DNA of 64,000 bases from Curvularia clavata (Eukaryota), in NCBI GenBank assembly GCA_023920165.1, contig CP089274.1:3472001-3536000 (forward strand), in the 5' to 3' direction. A model generated the notes under the pieces. It saw only the letters and a list, made by a program, of their open reading frames with translations. It did no database searches and was not told the origin of the DNA. This document shows positions 11,465-24,448 of this stretch, piece after piece (the first letter of the stretch is position 1; every line of letters starts with the position of its first letter). A program made the position numbers and the translations under genes.

Positions 11465-12597
11465 TCAAAGCATAGTCCAATCGTCGTCAGAGGCATATTC
11501 GATACGAACTGTGGTCATCATATCGGCGACAGATGTCGGAACCACTTCGGGGCTGGACATGAGCATGTCGGGAGTAGCAGGAGCATGCGGCTCGGGCAAT
11601 CGCACCACGGTGAAGCCGTCCTCTTCGTCAGAAGACGAAACCTCTGCACCCTCTGTGGTACCAGGTTGTGGGGTCTTGGGTCGGTGGACGAGAGTCGTAA
11701 TAGCCGAGTCGATCAAGTTATTGATGCCCCCTTTTCTAGGCGTGTCGCTCGCCTGAACAGGAACAGTGTCGAACCTGACTTTCTTCTGGGAGTGATCAAA
11801 CTTGTAGGCATTGCTCTGATGATCCAACTCTCCCGGTGCATCTTCTGGGGCGTGTGCTAGAGCGGGGATGTAGGGTTGGGTACGTAGAGTGTCAAGACAC
11901 AGCCGTATGATATCGAAGGCGCCTTTGGACGTTAGCTAGATTTATGCAGAAGGCTGTGAGACTTACATGCGTCATCAAAATTGCGCTCCATGTTGGTACA
12001 GCAAAGGTCCTTGCAGAACTCTGGGATCTCGGCAGCCGCTTTGACAAACTCTGGGTTTTCGCCAAGCCGGAGGTCTAAGAATTTGGAGATGATGTAGTTG
12101 AGGAGGGTACTAACAAGCCCGTGCTGTTGGCGCACTTGCTTGCTAGAGTAGTAGCGATACAAGAAGTGGACGGTCTGCACTAGAGCTGGTGGTGGGGCAG
12201 GTAGGCAGCATGCGAGTTCGATGTGGCACGAGAAGTTGCCATGAGCAAGGAGCTGCAGCTCGGGTATGTCGAAGTCTTCAGCCATCTTGTATATCTCAAC
12301 ATGTGGAAGAAGCAGAGGGAGCCCGTCGTCGAGTGCAGGTGACAGGTAGCTGCCAGTGTAGCAGTAGCGTAATAGCGAGATGAGTGCAGCCTCAGACGGG
12401 ACCTCGATGTTGGCCTGAAGACGGCCATGCATGCCATACTCGAATGCGTGGTACAGCAGTGGGCATGTATCCAGGAATATGTACGGACAGATTTGATCTG
12501 AAATCAGACGAACCCTTCCGTCCATAAGTACAGCCTTGAGGATGGCGTTGCCCTGGCGGCCCTCGCCAGGAGTGTATAGGAATGAGAGGTCTTCCAT
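11465..12597 (-). CDS. BTB/POZ-like fungal protein; exons 12597-11967, 11922-11465
   Basis: LLRYCYTGSY...HVEIYKMAEDFDIPELQLLA matches the fungal BTB pattern (FLYTGDY...HxxVYxxAxKYxIxxLxxLA). Intron GTAAGT...GCTAAC...AAG joins in frame to ORF 11465..11827. Confidence 0.75.
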
Positions 12598-14773
12598 GTC
12601 GAAGGGCTGTGCTGTGCTATCCAGGTAAGGATGCAGCAGGGCAGAGGCCGTCCACTGGCTCGGTGTTGTTCTCGGTTGTTGCAGTTGGTGTTGTGGATGT
12701 CACGGCGAGTCAGTGAGATTGGTGAGCAGGCTGTAGCAGCAAGGGTAGGTCAACCGTAATTTGGAAGATTAGCAAGTCAAGAGTAATTTGATAGACTGAG
12801 ACGAGATGTGCAAGGAGGGTTGAAGTTGAGAATGCTTGGTTGTAATGTGACAAGCACAGCCTTGGGCTTGGGACAGCTGTAGGGACCGGTGACGAAACGT
12901 GATCAGGCAGCCGTCTGTACGCGCAGGAAGCTAAGCACTTATTCCATGGGCGGCCTCCGGTCAAGGGTCTACTTGTGAATGGAATGCCGATTATCAAATG
13001 ATTTAAGAGTGAGCCATGCAGCCGTGATTGACTCCACAGGTTGCAGGTGGCTAGATAGCAAGCGGTGTCACAGTGGAGGGGCATACGAGCCTCAAGGCGT
13101 CGGCCTGGAGGGGTGAGCATTGCACTGCGTGATGGATGCGTTGCCCATTGGGCTTGCGAGAGTAACGGCAGCGAGGGTGTCCAATCGGTTGGCGAGCCGT
13201 GGGAGAGGAGTGCATCTAGGGCTGAGGACTCTGTCAGGTGCTGGTTGGTGTTGAGGGGTCGGCGGGCGATCGTGGCCCTACCATTCCTACAAGACGGCCG
13301 GGGGGCATGGGGAAGGAGCTCCAGCCACGCCCCACCGGGATCCACACGTGTGGCGTGGCGTGGCCCGGCGCTGCTGCTCGGCCCCTCTGCCAGACTTCCA
13401 TCATTATACATACTTACCTGTGACTAGTGTTTGGTCCCGTTGATGGGCAATCTTCCTCGTTCCGATCCATTGCGTCTTGTGTATATTTGACTCTTCGGCG
13501 CGTGGCGCGGCAGCTACCTCTGGGTATCGTCGTGCGCAAGCTTCTGCTTCTCCCCGCCATGGGATTTCTCTCCATTCTACCCGAGAGCTTCGCAGTGCTC
13601 GAGACGTGGATCACGCGCATCTTCGTGAGTACCATTGCGTACCTATGGTTGTAGTTTGGGGGTCTCATTAGTTTTAGCTCTTCCTCGGCCTCATAGCCAT
13701 CGGCCCGTGGGCCGCGCTGCTCGTCTACGACATACTGTTATACCTCTTCCGCGCTGGCGCATACGAGATACCCGTTGTTGGTGGACGTGCTCGGGGAAAG
13801 GCTAGACCACGTGCCCCAAGCCTTACAGAGCGCCCGAGCGGTCGTCGTCGGAAGTTTAGTATCCGTGGCTTCGACAAACCGGTGCTGAACACAGGGGCTA
13901 CAAAGGCAGACTCGCAAGACGCTCGCCACCGGCGCATATCCGAGGAAACATTTGAAGACTCGTCACAATAGCTTGCTTGTATTAAGAGACGCAATTATAT
14001 TCTTACAGCACAAATTACTGTCACGCGACCATATACAAGAGCAAGACCCAAGCGGGCATTCGTTGGACAGGCAGCTTGGCTAGCTTCAAGAATTTCGCCA
14101 TCTCTACAAGATACTATGGAAGAATCTGGACACTGTGAAACTATTTATGGAATGAAAAAAACGGGTGCATGGCGTTCATCGTGTCTCGAAACGTTAAGAT
14201 GAAGCATTATATATATGCGTGTGGATATATATCTTCATATATGAAAACTGATGGATCTGCAGATCCGGAGAACGAGCGACTTGGGCGGTTGGATCAGCGC
14301 CAAGTCTAATTGCTCGATAAAACCGTAGGGACTAGTCGTCTTGGATTGAGATGCCGTCCAAATGGTTGAGAAGCTGTCATTGTCAGGCAGCATGTGGATG
14401 GGGTTCGTCTATTGCAGCATTTTCATGCGTTCTATGCCACTGTGTCTCGCTTGTGGTCAAAGTGTCTGAGGCGTATATTACCAAGGGTTTCAGATAACAA
14501 TAACGCGCCAATCACGCCTGGCCATGCATCTAGATCGCGCATGTATCAGAACAGGCTATGGATACGATAAAGTAGGTATACGATGAGCTAAGCGTCGTCT
14601 AGCGTGTTCCGGGGGCCGTGCCTGCTTCTTTTGTGAACCTTCACTTCACGTTCCCATTCTTCCACCATCACAACAACGACTCTACTCACAGCCCTCTTCT
14701 TCAGTCATCCTCCTGACCACATTACTATACCCCTCAACCTTTATAAAACCTCAATTAGAATCAATTACTCACA

Positions 14774-15215
14774 ATGGCCGTTACCGCCACCACTACCAAG
14801 ACTGCAACACCAAAGACGGCAAGCGCCGCCGGCGTCAAGAAGGGTGCTCCCAAGGGCGGTCGCGCAGGAAAGAAGAACAACGCCCGAAATGCTATGGCCA
14901 AGATGCAAGCATATTGTAAGTCTGCATTTTTTGACGCGTCTTTGTCGCGTCTTCCAGACGCGACCGTTGCATTGTGGCCACATGGACGTCTTAGGGAATA
15001 AGGTTCGCTGATCAACAACATCAGTCAAGGCTCACCGTGACGAATACAAGGACTTGTCTTTCAAGGAGCAACAGCAAGAGCTCGGCAAGAAGGTATGTCC
15101 TTTTTTGTGCATCTTTGACTCCTTGTTGCGATGCATATACCCCGTGACACCCTGTTACAGTGCTAATACGTGACAGTGGAAAGCTTCTCCCGAGAACCCC
15201 AAAAACAGCGCTTGA
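14774..15215 (+). CDS. Small basic HMG-box/YABBY-like protein (82 aa); exons 14774-14915, 15025-15092, 15177-15215
   Basis: Two canonical introns give MAVTATTTKTATPKTASAAGVKKGAPKGGRAGKKNNARNAMAKMQAYFKAHRDEYKDLSFKEQQQELGKKWKASPENPKNSA. The YF...LSF...LGKKW pattern equals HMG helices I-II. Strong cacaATGG start context. Confidence 0.8.
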
Positions 15216-15751
15216 ACGTAAAGCGTCGTGCTGTTTATGAAGTCAAGGCGGTGTTTTCCTTTTCTCTTTTTCATGATTCTTTTTGTTCACGTGTCATCTT
15301 TCGTCTTCCTGTAAAATGTACGGGAGACACCCGGAGTTCGGATCGCTGGAGTGCGGTCAATTTCTGCGCATGGGCTTAGCTTAGCCATGTGCTCTACTGT
15401 AATATGGATTAATGGATTCAAATGCAATGTTTCACTTGTAAATGCATTGTGTCGCTTTTGCAGAATTGATGCAACCCTTGCTCGCCAGATATGCGGGAGT
15501 TGCACATACTGAAGTCGAAGTTAGCGCGGCGCAACTCATGATGTTGTAAACGCAAGCATTTGCATGTACCCACACGGCACTTGTATTTGGACGCAGTTAG
15601 CCATCCAGTGTTCACTGCAAGGGTGTGACTGTCTAACTGACGAGAGGGGCTGAGCGGCAGTTGTGGGTCTCTGCGCAGCTGCCTTTCATCAATATGGTCG
15701 TTTCCCTTCCTCTTATTTTCCCACGTCTCTCGTATGTTAATGCCTTTGATC

Positions 15752-17690
15752 ATGGATGAATCAGTTTCCGAGTCCGTTTCGAAGACCATTGCCGAGTCCA
15801 AGTCAGAGCCTGTTACTGACTCCATCTCTGATCCCGTATTTGGTTTCACGGACGACTCTACGAATGAGCAAGGTTCTGAATCTGGACCTCTTTCGTCATA
15901 TTTTCTTGTTGGGCCTTATTCTTGATCAATTTCCATGCCTGATAGTGACATCGTCTGCACAACATGTGTTCAATTATTATACGGACAGTTGTGCACACCA
16001 GAAGGCTAAAGCTATCATGCATCCCCCCCGTTCAGGCTCCTACAGTGAATGTTCTATGGCAATCTGGTCCCCCTTTCTTGCGCATACGTGACCCGGTTAG
16101 ATTCATTCGGATCCGATTCTCGTATAGCATGGACCTATGGTCTTTGCTTACCTGCTGATATTACGCCTCCAGCCACCGAGTAATGCTCTCAATCAAGGGT
16201 TTTCGGACTAATGGGTTGTTCAAGTGAAGCTTTATCGGAACTAGCCAAGAGCGTCAAAAACACACTACGCTACCCAGACTGTGCTTGCGAAAAGGCCATC
16301 TACAAGATACAAATATGGGTTAATGAGTGCAAGATAGCGAATCCGCATTGTCGCAAGCCTATGACTTGCTCCTTGCCAAGTCGCGTTTTGTATCTTTTTG
16401 ACAAGGATTCCTCTCGAAACTTTAGCCTATTAGAGGGCAAAGAAGCAGAGAACGCGAACGGCTAGTAAGTTGTAAGAAAAGAAGAAGCCATGAGTTCCTG
16501 TGAAGCCCACGACTCTATTCTTACAAAGAAACCTTTTAACCTATAGGATTATGACGCGTACATCTAAAAATATTAGCCAAGTGTTTCAGAAGGTCTCGAT
16601 CAACGTACTGCCAGCCGTGTATAGGGATGCGGTGATCATGACGCGAAAGCTTGGAAAACGGTTAGTCGAATTTACCATATCAGCACGCTTAGTTACTAAG
16701 AGCAAACTGCTAGCTATGTTTGGATTGATTCATTGTGTATCATCCAAGATAGTAATGAGGGCTGGGTGAAATAATGCCCTCGGATGGCAGATATATACGC
16801 AACCAACTTTCTCGCGATATCTGCTGCCTATAGTCGGAACAAATAACAAGGATTCATCAAAGCGACTATGTTTGAAATGCAAGCTTACCTGCTACCCGGA
16901 AGACATCGAGGACCATTGGTACCGAGTGATCAACAGGTATGCGCATCTTAGACTGACATATGAAACGGATAGGCTACCTGCGCTATCAAGCGTTGTACAA
17001 ATTCTACAGCTAGTTACCTATTGAGTGGTTCCCGAGCTAACTATGTAGCTGGTCTTTGAAAAATCGATTTGGCATTTGGATTGCTATGGTCAGTACGCGG
17101 TTGTGGCAAAATCAAGACAGGAGGACTATCGCCGTATGTGGCTCTCACGTGGAGTTAGACTTCTACCCAAGGAGAGATGCTCAAGTGGAATACCTCAATC
17201 TCCCGCAACTTGCTTAAATTGAGGGTAGTCGATGTCCAGGCGCATCCATTCACTTCCAACTCTTTTGGCGGAATATCGTCGGCTTACTTGGTAGTTGATG
17301 CACCACTTCAAAGGGTTTTGGAATGAGATATGCAAATAATTCAAGACCATTAATTCCCTACGCCGAGGGGGAAATTTCCAACACTTGCCGAAGGTTTTGC
17401 CGAAACCCTTTTTTCGTTTGATGATATTAGCAACTATGAGATATTGTCGGTTGAGGCAGCTTGGCTTTTGCAGTGTATGATGGCTCCACTGCGTGTAAAA
17501 TCCAGTAATCCATGGACGGTTTGGCTTTAGAGCTTGTGGATGAGAAGAAGCAGGTCTACAAGACGATTGGCGTATTTGCCATTCATCAGCTCTTCGGTGA
17601 AAAGAGAACCTGGCACGACTTGGACTTGTCGATATGAGGATTACCATAATCTGAGGACCAACCATCAATTCCTAATCTTCCGGCTACTTG
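15752..17690 (+). pseudogene. HET-domain (PF06985-type heterokaryon incompatibility) pseudogene
   Basis: Motifs WVNEC...HC...LPSRVL, LPAVYRDAVIMTRKLG, YVWIDSLCIIQD (16715-16750), MADIY, DRLPALS, YVAGL* and TWS*TS. In-frame stops at 16772, 17057 and 17156. Boundaries are approximate. Confidence 0.8.
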
Positions 17691-18366
17691 GAGAGGCTGT
17701 CATTCTATCTCCAGGTCAATTCATATATACACGACCCACAAAATGTCGCTATATTCCGCGACTCTAAGCATCTGACTCCGAGCAAGATTCCTCACAAGCG
17801 ACAATACAGTTAATCTCGGAAAGTGGAGGTTGTAACAAGGGTACCATACCATTGTGGTAAAATAAGTCAAAGCCTACGTAACTGTGGACGCAAAACTACC
17901 CCACCAGGGGCACCGGCGCTCTACGGCTACTTGTAAGCTCTTGGTAAGCCAGTGCCCCGCATCCAGGTACGTACCGAGCCCCTCCGACATCATCCCCACA
18001 TGGTGAACTCTTTCCCGGAGGCCGTAAGACGCGTTTCTCTCTGCAGCGATTGGTCATATAACGTTTGTAGAATGATCAGCTGCGATCCACTTTTAGATAT
18101 GCGAGTCGTGGTGAGCTTTTGCGGGCCAGTTCCGCTAGTACTCCATCTTATATCACGGCTGACAATTCACCATTTCTGTTCAAAGTAGCTTGATAGTGAC
18201 TTCGCTGCCTTCATCTTTTCTTTCCGGCCGACCAAGGAATCTCTGTGATTTTTATTCTGGTCTTTTCCCTTTCGACATACCCAACCGTCGGATTGGGTAT
18301 TGTTGCCGCTCACACCCGAAACACAGCCAGCAATATATCACGACAATTTTTGTTTGCCTGCCTACA

Positions 18367-19511
18367 ATGCCACCTTCAAAGAGTGCAGACGCTTCGACGG
18401 TGCCCGTTCTCAAAGATCTCACCATCGATAATATTACTGAAAACGTGCACCGCATAAACTCGCAATGTAGCGATGCACGCCTCAAATACGTCATGGAGCG
18501 TCTAGTATCGCACCTGCATGACTTTGCCCGCGAGACGCGCCTGGGTTTCGACGAGTGGATGGCCGGGATCCAATTCCTCACGCAAGTAGGGCAGATTTGT
18601 ACGGATGTCCGCCAAGTAAGTTACTTCCTCCTCTTCCTCTTTATACCCACCAGCTAACCATTCAACCAGGAATTCATCCTCCTCTCTGACATTGTTGGCC
18701 TCTCACTCCTCGTCGACTCCATCGACCACCCGAAACCCCCCTCCTCAACCGAAGGCACCGTCCTTGGTCCCTTCCACACGCATGACGCGCCTTCTTCCAG
18801 CTCCGGAACCAACATCTCGGGCGACCCCTCCGGTGAGCCGCTCCTTGTCCTCTGCACCGTGAAAACGACCTCGGGCACACCCATTTCCGGGGTGAAAATC
18901 GACATCTGGGAGACAGATTCCCACGGCAAGTACGACGTGCAGTATGAGAACCGCGGTGACAAGGCCGATGGTCGCGCCGTGATTACGAGTGATGACCAGG
19001 GAGTCTTTTGGTTCAAGGCGATTGTTCCCGTGCCGTATCCGATTCCGAATGATGGGCCTGTGGGCAAGTTGCTGGAGAAGCTGGGACGCCATTGTTGGAG
19101 ACCGAGTCATATGCATTTCATGTTTGAGAAGGAAGGATTTGATCATTTGGTTACGTGAGTTGTCCTTCCATCATTTTTTCTCCCTCTGTCTTGCGTTGGA
19201 TGGAGATGCGAAATACATATACTAATGACGTTTCAAGGGCCCTTTACGTCCGAGGCTCAGCCTATGAAACCTCGGACGCTGTTTTCGGCGTCAAGGAATC
19301 GCTTATTGTCGCGCTGGATACGGTTACTCCTGAGCAGGCGAAGCAGTATGGTGTCCAAGCTGGATGCAAGCTGCTCAAATACGACTTTGTACTTGTGACG
19401 GACGAGGAGACGAGGCAGTTGAGGCATGAGGAGGCGGTCAAGGCGATGAAGGCGCTGGGTAGAGAAGGCATGATGGTTGTGAATGGGTTGCCTGTTCCAG
19501 AGGTTGATTAG
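18367..19511 (+). CDS. Intradiol ring-cleavage dioxygenase (hydroxyquinol/catechol 1,2-dioxygenase type); exons 18367-18615, 18670-19154, 19238-19511
   Basis: HLHDFARETRL, QEFILLSD, TEGTVLGPF. Fe ligands in GKYDVQY, PYPIP and RPSHMHF. C-terminal SDAVFGVKESL. Two canonical introns. Confidence 0.92.
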
Positions 19512-19975
19512 GAAATGAGGAAGGGATTTAGAGAATAGAGTAAAAGAAATGAACGTGTTTTATACATTGACTGAATCGTTCGTAGGGCCTTTCGTATCAA
19601 GTCAAATTTGCATGTGATCTTTTCGTTTAGTCTGCCTCTCTTCTCATATGTCCTTGGAAAAGCTAGATGAACAGACATTAGGTACACACAGTAGTCAAGG
19701 GACTACGGGCAAAATGTAGGTGTACTCCATCGATTGTACAACCCTTTATCAAAAAGGCTAAAAACCAGCTCCACTTTTACATGGCAGCAGTGACCCTAGG
19801 ACTATCAAGAGAAGAAAAGTAGACTAGAAGATATCTTATGATGTAGGACAAAGAAAAAAAAAGAAGCACATCTCTTTACCATCTCGCTCGAAAAAAAAAC
19901 CCCCCTCGTCCATGCATGTTCGAACATTCGGCATCAAGCGCAGATAGAGAGACATCAAAGAAGAAGAAAAAAAAA

Positions 19976-21813
19976 TCAACTCGTCACTCTCCTCACCCAC
20001 AGGGCGCTTCCCGCAGCATTCGGATCCTCCTTCTCTCTCTTCTTCCACGCCCGATGCAACTTGAGTCCCACATCATGCTCCTCGCGCCTAATCTCGTCAA
20101 GCTCTACCTCAAACACCTTCTTCTTGTTTTCAATAGCCTTTGCCTTTTTGAAGTCTGTTAGCAAGGGGTTAGGCGGGGCGGCATTGTTCAAGTCGCTAAG
20201 GAGGCGGTAGACGTTGTTGCGGCGGATGCGCAAGTCTTCTTGTTGCGACTCGAGCAGGGCAATGTGATCAAGGGCGCAGAGAGCAGTGGGTGGGTGCGGC
20301 AGTGCTTTGGAGGTGTTGGACATGGCGCTCACGGTGGAGTAGGTCGAGGCGCCAGAAGGGGTCAACATCTTGACGTTGCCGGGTCGCAGGTCGGGGATGC
20401 GGTCAGCGTGGCCGACTGGGCGGCGGCGGAGGAGTATGGATGATGAGGCTGATAGTGGGGGAGAGGGTGGTGGCGAGTGTTCGTCTGTGGTTGCAGTGTG
20501 GGTATATTTGCTCCACGAGAACTGGCTTGCAATCGGCGGCTTATCCGTTTCTGGTGGGGTGGATGACCGGAAAGCGGGGTGGATGGGCGGCTCAGCACCG
20601 ATGACGATGGCAGGCGATCGTTTCTCGTCGTTACGGGTTTTGGGTGTGATTGGACTTGGGTAGGCAAATGCACTGATTCCAAGGCCGTGGGGTGTAGGGG
20701 ACGTTGGGGAGGTGAGACGGCTTCCCGTGGGCGACTTCTTTTCGACTTTGAGAGGGACGACGGGTTTAATGGTCTCTTCATGCAACTCCAAGTCAGCTGT
20801 TTGGGCTGTGACAGGTCGTGTGTCAGACAGCTTGGGTGCTGGATCCAGGGCAGGTGTAGGCGTGTTTGATCTTTCTTGGTCCGAGCTTGGTGATGCCGTC
20901 CGTTGTGGTATTTGTAGTGACTTTTCGGCAAGTCTCTGTTTGACAGCTGCTGGTACTGTCGGCGAACGCTTTGAGCCAAAACGAGTGAGGCGCTCTCCAA
21001 AACTCAGGCTCTTCTTTTCAGTAGCGGCGGCTGTGACTGAAACCTGATAACCCATGGGCTTGAGGCCTGCAGTTGGTCCACCTATTACGTAGGAACCTGG
21101 ATCTACTGAGGGTGCCTTGCCTGCACTATTGGGCTCTCCTGAATACTCGTCCCATTTGACCTTGCTGTTTGGTGCAAGCTTGCCCTCCCAGAACTTCTGC
21201 TTGGGACCTGATTGCACTTCGCCAGTACGAAGAACAGACGGCGCTCTTCGCAGGACTGGGGCCGTGGTGGGATCGCGGGGCTCGTCTTGCGGCCTGCGTT
21301 GCTTGTCATCCATTGGGGAAAAGTCGCGCAGAGATATGTCGCGGATGGAGTAGGAGCTAGAAGGAGGATCAAACGACGGAATGAACTTTTCAGGCTCTGG
21401 GGAGCTCGGTGGTGAGAGATCGTCGTAGGTGGAACGTAATGTGGCGGCGGGATTACTGTAATAGTAGAACTCGAGCGAGGCCCGTGAATAAACCGAAGGT
21501 TCGGTCGGCACAGCCGAGACTCTTTGGACGCGAGGAACCGTTGGCACTTTGGAGGCCCGATGGCTTTGGGGTTCGGGTGAAGACAGTGAGCTGGAAGACG
21601 AGTGTTTAGCGCTGGATTAAGGCAACGGAGCGATAGCTGAACGTACAGTGAGTCTAGCGGGGGAAGGACATAGTTTTGTTGGTCGCGCAAGTCGGTCACG
21701 TCTGGATTGCGCTCTAGTTGATCCTGGTCATAAGTGGTTTCAACCAGGACTGGGTTGCCTATTTGCACCTGCTTGTCCTTCTCGCGGACGTGACCCTGTA
21801 ATCGTTTCCACAT
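19976..21813 (-). CDS. Hypothetical Pro/Ser-rich protein with C-terminal coiled coil; exons 21813-21647, 21590-19976
   Basis: caccATG at 21813. Intron GTACGT...GCTAAAC...CAG joins in frame to the 523-aa ORF. Helical C-terminus EHDVGLKLHRAWKKRE...LWVRRVTS. Confidence 0.75.
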
Positions 21814-22690
21814 GGTGGTGATGCCTGTATGAAACAACCATTAGCCTTATGCGACACTAGCACGAGTAGGTGCCAGGGTGCAATGCGTGCAGGGTAATTA
21901 TCTACTATGGTAGGTGCTGTGATAGGCTGGAGAATGATATGGTCTTGTGTTATTTTAAGCTTGTGAAGATTAGACGCAATGTCTTGGCTGAGTGCTGGGT
22001 CCGGTGAGAGAGAAGGCTCGGGAGCGGGAGATGGGCAAGGAGCGCGGCCTGTAGATCAGAGTGATGCGGAGAAGAACAAGGCTTGGGCGGCTTGACGGTT
22101 GTCGCTGGGGGGACAGCGCTGGCAAAATGGATGATTGTCGCGGAATGAGGTCCGAGGCGCAAGTGGAGAGACGGCAAAGCACAGAAGATTGCAGTACGTA
22201 CCGGAAGGGTATATGGACAAATGGAGATTGGCGGAGTGTATTTGCTGATGTTGGTGTCGAGGACGAAAGGAGAGGACAATTGCCTACCTCTGCGTCGTGT
22301 TGTTCGGCGCAATCTTGGTAAATGAAGGAGGATGATCAGGTCAAGTCGGCGCCGCAATGTCAGAAATGACCTCAGTTGACAGAAGACGACGGACCAGGGC
22401 AGCGCAGGTTGTCTTGAGTGCAGCGACAGAGGCGCGCGCAAGGCTGAAGTGTGTCTGGCAGCACAACGGTTCGCCAGCAGCGATGGACTCTCTAACAGTG
22501 GATTGGAGGCGGGAGAGGCGGCTGAAGCGGGAGGCGGCGAGGGCGAATCAGGGCGTGCAAAGGCGGCGCAGGTGAATCCACGGCGCGCGTTTCACGGCCG
22601 GGGCAGGGTGGTTTCAGCCTCAGGCGCACGGGACACGCGTGTATGTACACACACAATACAGCAACACGACGACAGGCAGACGTGGGAGAG

Positions 22691-22718
22691 CAGAACCAGA
22701 ACCAGAACCAGAACCAGA
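22691..22718. repeat. Hexanucleotide microsatellite (CAGAAC)4
   Basis: cagaaccagaaccagaaccagaaccaga in the divergent intergenic region. Confidence 0.8.
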
Positions 22719-23143
22719 GGTAGAAAAGGCTGATGTCTTTCCGGCCGGGGTGAGCGAGCGCTTATGAAGGCTGGCAGAGACGTCGCATGCCATCGACTAT
22801 GCCGCGAAACCCCCCCCCCTTCCACGGACAGCTGGCAGCCCCATGTGTGTTTGGGGCCAAAAACAAAGTGCACCTCGACGGCCCGCATAAAGGGCGACAT
22901 GTGAGGCTCGAGTTGCTTTTGCACGACCAAAGACGGCCGTGTTTGTAGTCGTGGTGGTGAGGGGTGCGGAGTGGGGATAGGCGCGTGGGCGGGCATTGCA
23001 TCATCGCGACCACTAAGCTGCCCCCCATCTCCGGCCGTTGCCGCTACCTGCTAGCCTAGCGTGTACACGCATCTCATCCCATACTATACCATACCAACAC
23101 CATCTCACTCCCCGGACTTGACTGCAGACTATTGCCAGAAACC

Positions 23144-23795
23144 ATGGCTGATGGTACTTTTTCCCTTTCCTTCCTTCCCCGTTTGGTGCCACGGACGCCC
23201 TAACAGCCTGACCAGCAATCCCCTCGCCCGTCCCGGAGCCCACGGCTGCCCACGCGTAAGCATCACCTTTCTTCTGGTCAGACGTGGTTTCTCTTCCTCA
23301 GACTAACTCCTTCATGCCAGCGCCTCCGTCTTCACCCCAATCAATCTCGTCCTCCTTTCTCTCTTCGGCGTCCTGGTCTACCTCCGCCTCAAACCTTCAA
23401 CCCCCCAGACTCTCCCGCGCGCTCCTCCCCCAACCGTCTTCCGCACCTTTACCCCACCCTCGCTGCTCCCCTATAATGGCCTCAATAATATGCCCGTCTA
23501 CCTAGCTGTGCGCGGCCGCGTCTTTGACGTCACACCCGGCCGCAATTTTTACGGACCCGGAGGCCCCTACGCAAACTTTGCCGGCAGAGATGCCTCAAGA
23601 GGCCTGGCGTGCGGCAGCTTCGACGAGGACATGCTGACCAAAGACCTCGATGGGCCTCTCGATACCTTGGAGGATTTGGACGCCGAGCAGATGGATGCGC
23701 TAAGAGGCTGGGAGGAGAGGTTCAATGAAAAATATCTTGTCGTGGGCAAGCTGGTCCCTGTGGGCCATCCTGAGGCTGAAGAGGCCAAGGCCTAA
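23144..23795 (+). CDS. DAP1: Membrane-associated progesterone receptor family heme-binding protein (cytochrome b5-like); exons 23144-23153, 23216-23255, 23321-23795
   Basis: N-terminal TM segment INLVLLSLFGVLVYL, then VYLAVRGRVFDVT, FYGPGGPYANFAGRDASRGLA and W...F..KY.VVGKL. Two canonical introns. Confidence 0.92.
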
Positions 23796-24448
23796 GCGAT
23801 TGCAATTGTAGTTGCCGTCACGGTTGAGTGTTGCACGACGTCAAACAACTTAAAAAAAAAGCGAAACAGATTGCCGCACCTGGCGGATTCCATGGAGGAT
23901 AACGGTCCCTGAACCTGGTAAAGCCATTCACAGAATGAGTCGAGGCTGCTATCAAAATAGATAGACAAGTATAGAAGCCACTGATGTCAAGGGGAATCTT
24001 GAATAAATTCCCCCTAATCTGAAATATGCTTCATGTCTACAAGACTGTCGTCTACAAACCATGTTCAGTACAAACGCCAAGGAAATACACAACAGCATCA
24101 ATTACTTCATTCAAAGCCTCTCTGAGACAGCCCGCACATATGTGCGGATATCAGCCGGCTCACTGTCGGGTGCTATCGACGCTCTTTAGCGTAGCTTTCG
24201 AATGCGGGGTTGGCTCTGATAGGCAATACCATCCCTCGTCCATCCCTCCCGTGGTCATGCCATTGGCGCCTATGGCGTCTATCCCCCTCTCATATCTCCA
24301 TATCTCGACTCCTGCATTATCCACAATGACGCCTTGGCTGAATGTCAAGCGTACGCCCTGCGTACTCGACATACGCTATATCAACACACAGCCTTGCCAT
24401 CCTACACCACTAAGTAGGAACGATCTTAGGAAACATTGAGACACTGCC

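Noticed and set aside
13410..13560. ATACTTACCTG matching the U1 snRNA 5' end
   Set aside because: No U1-70K loop (GATCACGAAG), only a partial CATTGC loop and no proper Sm site; better explained as a minus-strand splice donor.
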